From Chthoniobacteraceae bacterium (GTDB lineage Bacteria; Verrucomicrobiota; Verrucomicrobiia; Chthoniobacterales; Chthoniobacteraceae), in NCBI GenBank assembly GCA_041751075.1, contig JBGSYE010000717.1:1-30632 (forward strand): a stretch of 30,632 nucleotides of DNA, given 5' to 3'. Below are positions 26,238 to 30,632 of the stretch, piece by piece. Under the pieces are notes generated by a model that saw only the letters and a list, made by a program, of their open reading frames with translations, ran no database searches and had not been told where the DNA came from. The number at the start of each line of letters is the position of its first letter. Position 1 is the first letter of the stretch. The translations under genes were made by a program, and so were the position numbers.

Positions 26238-26430
26238 GGAACAGCCGCAACGTCCCCCTCCGACCGGGCAGGTCGTCCACGAGTGGCCGAAGGATGAGGC
26301 ACTCCTCGATGCCGGGAGCGGCCGTCGCACGTCATCTCGCGGAGTTCGGGATGAAAATGAGGAGCCCGGCCACCGCTCGCCCGGCTTTTCGCTTGAGATG
26401 CGAGCCGCCGCACGGGACGTTGCGGTGCTT

Positions 26431-27810
26431 ATGAAATTCCTCTCGTGGATGTTGTTCCTCTGCGGCGCACTGGTCTCGAGCGTCGCGGCGGCCGAGGCGA
26501 CGGCGGCGCCCGGACCGGTGGTCGTCGTGCCGCTGCGGACGGAAGTTTCGGAGGCGCAGTTTTTCCTCCTCCGCCGCGCGCTGAAGGAAGCGGTCCGCGA
26601 TGGCGCCAGCGCCTTCATCATCGACATGGAGACGCTCGGCGGCTCCGTGGATGCGGCGCTGCGCAATATGGAGGCGCTGCAGAAGACGACCATCCCGACC
26701 TACACGTACATCAATGACCGCGCGCTCTCGGCCGGCGCGCTCATCGCGCTCGCGACTCAGAAAATCTACATGGCGCCGACGGCGGTGATCGGCGCGGCGG
26801 CGCCGGTCATGGCCACCGGCCAGGATCTGCCCGAGACGATGACGGACAAGACCGTGTCGATGCTTTCCGCGACGGCGCGCGCGGCGGCGCAGAAAAATGG
26901 GCACAACTCCGAGGTCGCCGAGGCCTTTGTGGACAAGGAAAAGGAGGTGAAGATCGGCGACGTGGTGATCGACAAGGCGGACTCGCTGCTCACGCTCAGC
27001 GCGGCCGAGGCCACGCGGCTCTACGAAGGCAAGCCGCTCCTCGCGGCCGGCACCGCGGCGACGCTCGAGGAAATGCTCACGCAGGCGGGGCTCACAGGCC
27101 AGGTGCGGCGGATCGAACCGACGGGCTTCGAGCAACTCGCGCTCTGGATCACCGCGCTGGCGCCTATCTTCCTCCTCGGCGGCATCGTCGGCGCTTACAT
27201 CGAATTCAAAACTCCGGGTTTCGGCGTGCCGGGATTTCTCGGGATGGTCTGCTTTGCGATCTTCTTTGCCGGGCACTATCTCGCCGGGCTGGCCGGGTGG
27301 GAAGTGGTCTCGGTGTTTGTACTCGGGTTGCTGCTCGTCGTCGGTGAGCTGCTCATCTATCCGGGCGCTCTGATCCCCGGGCTCCTCGGGGCGCTGATGA
27401 TGGTGGGCTCCCTGGTCTGGGCGATGATCGACCGCTATCCCGGCGATGCCTGGTGGCCCTCGGGCGAGATGCTCACGCGGCCGCTGATCAATCTCGGCAT
27501 CGCGGTGCTCGGTGGAATCGGCGTCGCCCTTCTCCTCGCGAAGCTGCTGCCGAAGACTTCGCTCTACCACTACATCGTGCTCGATGCCGCGAGCGGCGCA
27601 GCGAGCGCCTCTCGGGTGCCGGTGGTGAATTCGCGCATGCCTCTCGGCGCAGTCGGTATCGCGCACACTTCGCTCCGGCCCAGCGGGAAAGTGCAGTTCG
27701 ATGGGCAGGCCTGCGACGTGGTGACGAATGGCGACTTCATCGACGCCGGCGCAAGAGTGCGCGTGGTCGCGGTGGACGGCACGCGGGTGGTCGTCGAGCA
27801 GGCGGCCTAG
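26431..27810 (+). CDS. nfeD: NfeD family membrane-bound ClpP-class serine protease (long form)
   Basis: Signal peptide; DMETLGG, ALSAGALI (catalytic Ser), IGAAAPV, TM bundle (EFKTPGFGVPG, FFAGH), C-terminal OB fold (LRPSGKV, GDFI..G..VRVV.VDG). Confidence 0.92.
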   Translation: MKFLSWMLFLCGALVSSVAAAEATAAPGPVVVVPLRTEVSEAQFFLLRRALKEAVRDGASAFIIDMETLGGSVDAALRNMEALQKTTIPTYTYINDRALSAGALIALATQKIYMAPTAVIGAAAPVMATGQDLPETMTDKTVSMLSATARAAAQKNGHNSEVAEAFVDKEKEVKIGDVVIDKADSLLTLSAAEATRLYEGKPLLAAGTAATLEEMLTQAGLTGQVRRIEPTGFEQLALWITALAPIFLLGGIVGAYIEFKTPGFGVPGFLGMVCFAIFFAGHYLAGLAGWEVVSVFVLGLLLVVGELLIYPGALIPGLLGALMMVGSLVWAMIDRYPGDAWWPSGEMLTRPLINLGIAVLGGIGVALLLAKLLPKTSLYHYIVLDAASGAASASRVPVVNSRMPLGAVGIAHTSLRPSGKVQFDGQACDVVTNGDFIDAGARVRVVAVDGTRVVVEQAA

Positions 27811-27892
27811 AGCGAGCGTGCCTGCGAGGCCGCTCGCTCCCTGGATGTGCGCGCGGAGATAGCGAGCGACCGCGAAGGCACGCTCGCGCTAC
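27807..27892. repeat. REP doublet, family A, bridging two convergent stop codons
   Basis: CTAGAGCGAGCGTGCC..CGCTCGCT ... AGCGAGCG..GGCACGCTCGCGCTAC; the left TAG is the nfeD stop and the right TAG is the ftsY stop. Confidence 0.88.
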
Positions 27893-28737
27893 AGCATCTT
27901 CTCGACGAACTCCCGGCTCTCGAAGAACGCGAAGTCCCCCAGCTTCTCCCCCGTGCCGATGAATCGCGTCGGCAGCCCGAGTTCATTCTTGATCGCGACG
28001 ACCACGCCGCCTTTGCCGCTCCCGTCGAGCTTCGTCACGATGATGCCGGTGAGCTTCGCCGCCTGGTCGAACTCCCGCGCCTGCGAGACCGCGTTCGAGC
28101 CCGTGGTCGCATCGACGACGAGCAGCGACTCGTGCGGCGCGCCGGGATCGCACTTCGCGAGCGCCCGCTTGATCTTGTCCAGCTCGCTCATCAGGTTCGC
28201 CTTCGTGTGCAGGCGGCCTGCCGTGTCGCAGATCACAAACTCGAGGTTGCGACTCTCCGCGGCTCGGTAGGCGTCGTGGCACACCGCCGCCGGATCGGCG
28301 TGGTACTGTCCCTTGATGATGTCGCACCCGATGCGATCGGCCCACACGCCGAGTTGCTCGATCGCCGCCGCGCGGAAGGTATCCGCCGCAGCGAGCAGTA
28401 CGCTGTGTCCCTTGCTTTTGAGGAAGTGCGCGAGCTTCGCCGTGCTCGTGGTCTTGCCCGTGCCGTTCACGCCGACGACGAGCACGACCTTCGGCTTCGA
28501 GGGAAAGGGGCGGAGCTGGAGATTGTCGCGCGGCAGCACCTTCAGGATTTCTTCCCGAGCGATCGCGACCGCCGTCTCCGCCGTTAGCTTCTCCTCGCGT
28601 TCACGGCAGGCTTGCAGAATGCGCATCGCCATCGGCACCCCGAGATCCGCGCGGATGAGCATCTCCTCGAGTTCGTCCCAGTCCACGGGTCTGCCCGTGA
28701 ATTTCTGGATGAGCGATTTGAAGAAGCCGAGGGGCAT
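27889..28737 (-). CDS. ftsY: Signal recognition particle receptor FtsY (NG domain only)
   Basis: VGVNGTGKTTSTAKLA, AAADTFRAAAIEQL, DTAGRLHTK.NLM.EL, DATTG.NA, TKLDGSGKGG, GTGEK. Confidence 0.97.
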   Translation of the reverse strand: MPLGFFKSLIQKFTGRPVDWDELEEMLIRADLGVPMAMRILQACREREEKLTAETAVAIAREEILKVLPRDNLQLRPFPSKPKVVLVVGVNGTGKTTSTAKLAHFLKSKGHSVLLAAADTFRAAAIEQLGVWADRIGCDIIKGQYHADPAAVCHDAYRAAESRNLEFVICDTAGRLHTKANLMSELDKIKRALAKCDPGAPHESLLVVDATTGSNAVSQAREFDQAAKLTGIIVTKLDGSGKGGVVVAIKNELGLPTRFIGTGEKLGDFAFFESREFVEKML

Positions 28738-28739
28738 CG

Positions 28740-28858
28740 GGAAAGGCAGCAGGAAGAAGTCAGAAGTCGGAAGCAGCCGAAGCCGGAGGAGGCGGCGGCA
28801 CCCGGGTCGCGTCGAGCCCGTGCACTTCCGCCTTCTGACTTCTGCCTTCTGCCTTTCC
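28740..28858. repeat. Heptamer-array inverted-repeat element overlapping the nusB 3' end
   Basis: GGAAAG GCAGCAG GAAGAAG TCAGAAG TCGGAAG versus right-arm reverse complement GGAAAG GCAGAAG GCAGAAG TCAGAAG GCGGAAG. Confidence 0.9.
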
Positions 28859-29299
28859 CACCCCCACCCGTGCCGGGCGTCCGATCTCGTTCTTCACTCG
28901 GTCGAGCACGCCATTGATGAAGCCGCCCGACTTCTCCGTCCCGAACTTCTTCGCGATCTCGATCGCTTCATTGATGATGATCACCGGCGCCACCTCCGGG
29001 CTGTAGAGCAACTCAAAGATCGCCACGCGCAGGACGTTGCGATCCACGGCGGCGAGGCGTTCGAGCTCGAAGTTCACGAGACAGGCTTTGATGCGCTCGT
29101 CGATTTCCGGTCGGTTCTCGTTCACGCCGGAGATGAGTTCCGCGGCGAAGGCGCGCACCTTCTCCGAGGGCGCGGACGATTTTTCCTCCGCACGCATCGC
29201 CCAGAACGGGGCGGCGAGTTCGCCGGGCGGCGTCCGGTTCAGGTCGGTCTGAAAGAGGAACTGGATGGCCGCCTCGCGGCCTTCGCGGCGTTTGCTCAT
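28760..29299 (-). CDS. nusB: Transcription antitermination factor NusB
   Basis: Start MSKRREGREAAIQFLFQ; LERLAAVDRNVLR.A.FEL, INEAIEIAKKFG...SGGFINGVLD; follows ribH as usual. Confidence 0.96.
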   Translation of the reverse strand: MSKRREGREAAIQFLFQTDLNRTPPGELAAPFWAMRAEEKSSAPSEKVRAFAAELISGVNENRPEIDERIKACLVNFELERLAAVDRNVLRVAIFELLYSPEVAPVIIINEAIEIAKKFGTEKSGGFINGVLDRVKNEIGRPARVGVGKAEGRSQKAEVHGLDATRVPPPPPASAASDF

Positions 29300-29306
29300 C
29301 GGGAAA

Positions 29307-29786
29307 TCAACGGGGTGCGCGGATCGTGCCCAGCACTTCTGCCATCCGCACGGCCACTCGCGCGGCTTCGGTGCCGCGATTGAGTTCCTCGGCGAGACAC
29401 CGTGCCCGGGCCTGCTCCTCATTCTTCACCGAGAGCACTTCGTGGATCACCGGGATGCGCGAGGTGAGCGCAATCTGCTGCAGGCTCGCCGTCACCGTCT
29501 GCGCGATGAGCGAAGCGTGCGCGGTCTGGCCTTCGATTATCACCCCCAGGGCGATGATCGCATCCACGCCGCCCCGCGCCGCGACTTCACTCACCGCGAG
29601 CGGAATCTCAAAGGCGCCCGGCACTTCATATACCGTGACGCCAAAGCCCGGCGAGATGGCCTGCAACTCGCGCGTGGCATGGTCGATGAGCCCGCCGACC
29701 AACTCGGGGTGATACTGGCCCGCGACGATCGCAAATGCGCGGCGCTTCCCGGTGCTGCGGGGGCGGGCTGGCAGGATGCTGGACAT
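29307..29786 (-). CDS. ribH: 6,7-dimethyl-8-ribityllumazine synthase
   Basis: FAIVA, VPGAFEIP, IALGVII.G.TAH, IPVIHEVL, EQA..R, G.EAA; directly upstream of nusB. Confidence 0.93.
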   Translation of the reverse strand: MSSILPARPRSTGKRRAFAIVAGQYHPELVGGLIDHATRELQAISPGFGVTVYEVPGAFEIPLAVSEVAARGGVDAIIALGVIIEGQTAHASLIAQTVTASLQQIALTSRIPVIHEVLSVKNEEQARARCLAEELNRGTEAARVAVRMAEVLGTIRAPR

Positions 29787-30431
29787 GGGGGCGGGAGCGT
29801 ATGGAGTCGCGCCGCGCGCGCAACAAGTATCGCGCCGCATGGGGGCGCCCGCATGGAGCGATGGGATCAATCAGCCATCCGGATGGGGAGATCGCCTCGC
29901 TCGCCTCGCACGCGGCCTCTGCGTGCGCGTGCTCATCCGCTACTTTGCGGCCCTCGGAAAACTGAATGATCGTACCGATGACAGCGGGCGTAGGGTCGGG
30001 CGGGCCTTGCTCGTTGGCGCTCACGCCAAACCCACCACCCGCCGGGACGCAAGGCAATGGCCGCGGCGGCCACGCTCCAGGAGGGGAGTTATCTTTTCAT
30101 GGCAGGAGCTTGCGAGTGAGATTCACAGACTCGCCCGAGGGAACGGACCCCTGCCTCGCAAGTCCACGGGTTGCCGCCATCGCGGGCCTTCCCCCCCTGC
30201 GTCCCGCCTTTCCGGCCACTGGCGGGACGCGGGCATCGCTGCGTGCCCGGCGCGATCTGTGAAGAGTCAGCCGCCTCCCCGGTGCGCGGTGCGGCGCTGC
30301 GGACGGCATGGCCGCGAGTGAAATGGGCGAGGGTCGGCATTCACCCATGACGTGCGAGATCCCGCGGCGAAAACTCTCATCGAATTGGAAAATCTTTCCG
30401 GGCGCGTCATCCGAGGCGCGGCGATACCCGG

Positions 30432-30632
30432 CTAGCCCCGCATCTCGCGGTGGAGCCACGCTTTCGCATGGGTCCAGTCGCGGTGGGCGGTGGCTTCGGA
30501 GATGCCGAGGATTTCCGCGGCGGCGGCGACTTCGAGGCCGGCAAAGTACCGCAGCTTGACCAACTCGGCCTTGCGGGGGTCGTGAGCCGCGAGCTTTTCG
30601 AGCGCTTCATGCACGGCGAGCTTGCGCCGCGC
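30432..30632 (-). CDS. ECF sigma factor, TIGR02999-like, 3' part only
   Basis: [60 protein letters not shown] is a sigma region 4 with the RDW..A.AWL ending typical of PVC ECFs; the frame is open to the window end. Confidence 0.88.
   Translation of the reverse strand, partial: ARRKLAVHEALEKLAAHDPRKAELVKLRYFAGLEVAAAAEILGISEATAHRDWTHAKAWLHREMRG

Noticed and set aside
5109-27892. CRISPR array interpretation of the repeats
   Set aside because: The repeats are dispersed inverted doublets, not regularly spaced direct repeats with unique spacers, and there are no cas genes.
30080-30170. Possible structured RNA (GGCAGG/CCTGCC and CTTGCGAG/CTCGCAAG pairings)
   Set aside because: Such short complementarities are expected in GC-rich DNA and match no family I recognise; only noted within the unexplained-region finding.
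897-30321. Numerous Arg/Ala/Pro-rich alternative-frame ORFs (e.g. 897-1949, 1123-2565, 2671-4314, 5260-6267, 12922-14061, 21595-23001, 26332-27666)
   Set aside because: They overlap well-supported genes in other frames or strands and lack recognisable motifs.
29787-30431. FMN riboswitch upstream of ribH
   Set aside because: I could not find the conserved RFN core segments on the minus strand.
1-30632. tRNA, rRNA, IS transposase, integrase or prophage genes
   Set aside because: No cloverleaf/T-loop signatures, rRNA-like sequence, or DDE/HUH/tyrosine-recombinase motifs were recognised.

Overview
GC-rich bacterial DNA, most likely Verrucomicrobiota (Chthoniobacter/Spartobacteria-like). This is inferred from the PSD1/DUF1501 pair, the TIGR02999-type ECF sigma factor, the verrucomicrobial-style beta-barrel OMP and the SD-less starts. 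Housekeeping genes (gatB, gpmI, ftsY, nusB, ribH) are interleaved with accessory genes. The main signal is a divergent five-gene Myxococcus-like polarity/GTPase module at 16.7-21.5 kb: mglA, mglB, a 582-aa protein (amphipathic N-terminus, an unrecognised duplicated domain, an acidic linker and a roadblock domain), a REC-DUF4388-roadblock response regulator, and a roadblock-like/helical protein. A pilM-N-O-P-like operon lacking pilQ lies about 9 kb away, and both operons carry a similar sigma54-like upstream motif. A second theme is a dense set of palindromic elements. There are REP doublets of four families, with stem covariation and frequent overlap with TAG stop codons. There are also five inverted-repeat elements built from tandem 7-10 nt units, one read in frame inside a CDS and one extending NusB. 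No rRNA, tRNA, CRISPR array or transposase was seen. All family assignments come from motif recognition by eye, not database searches.
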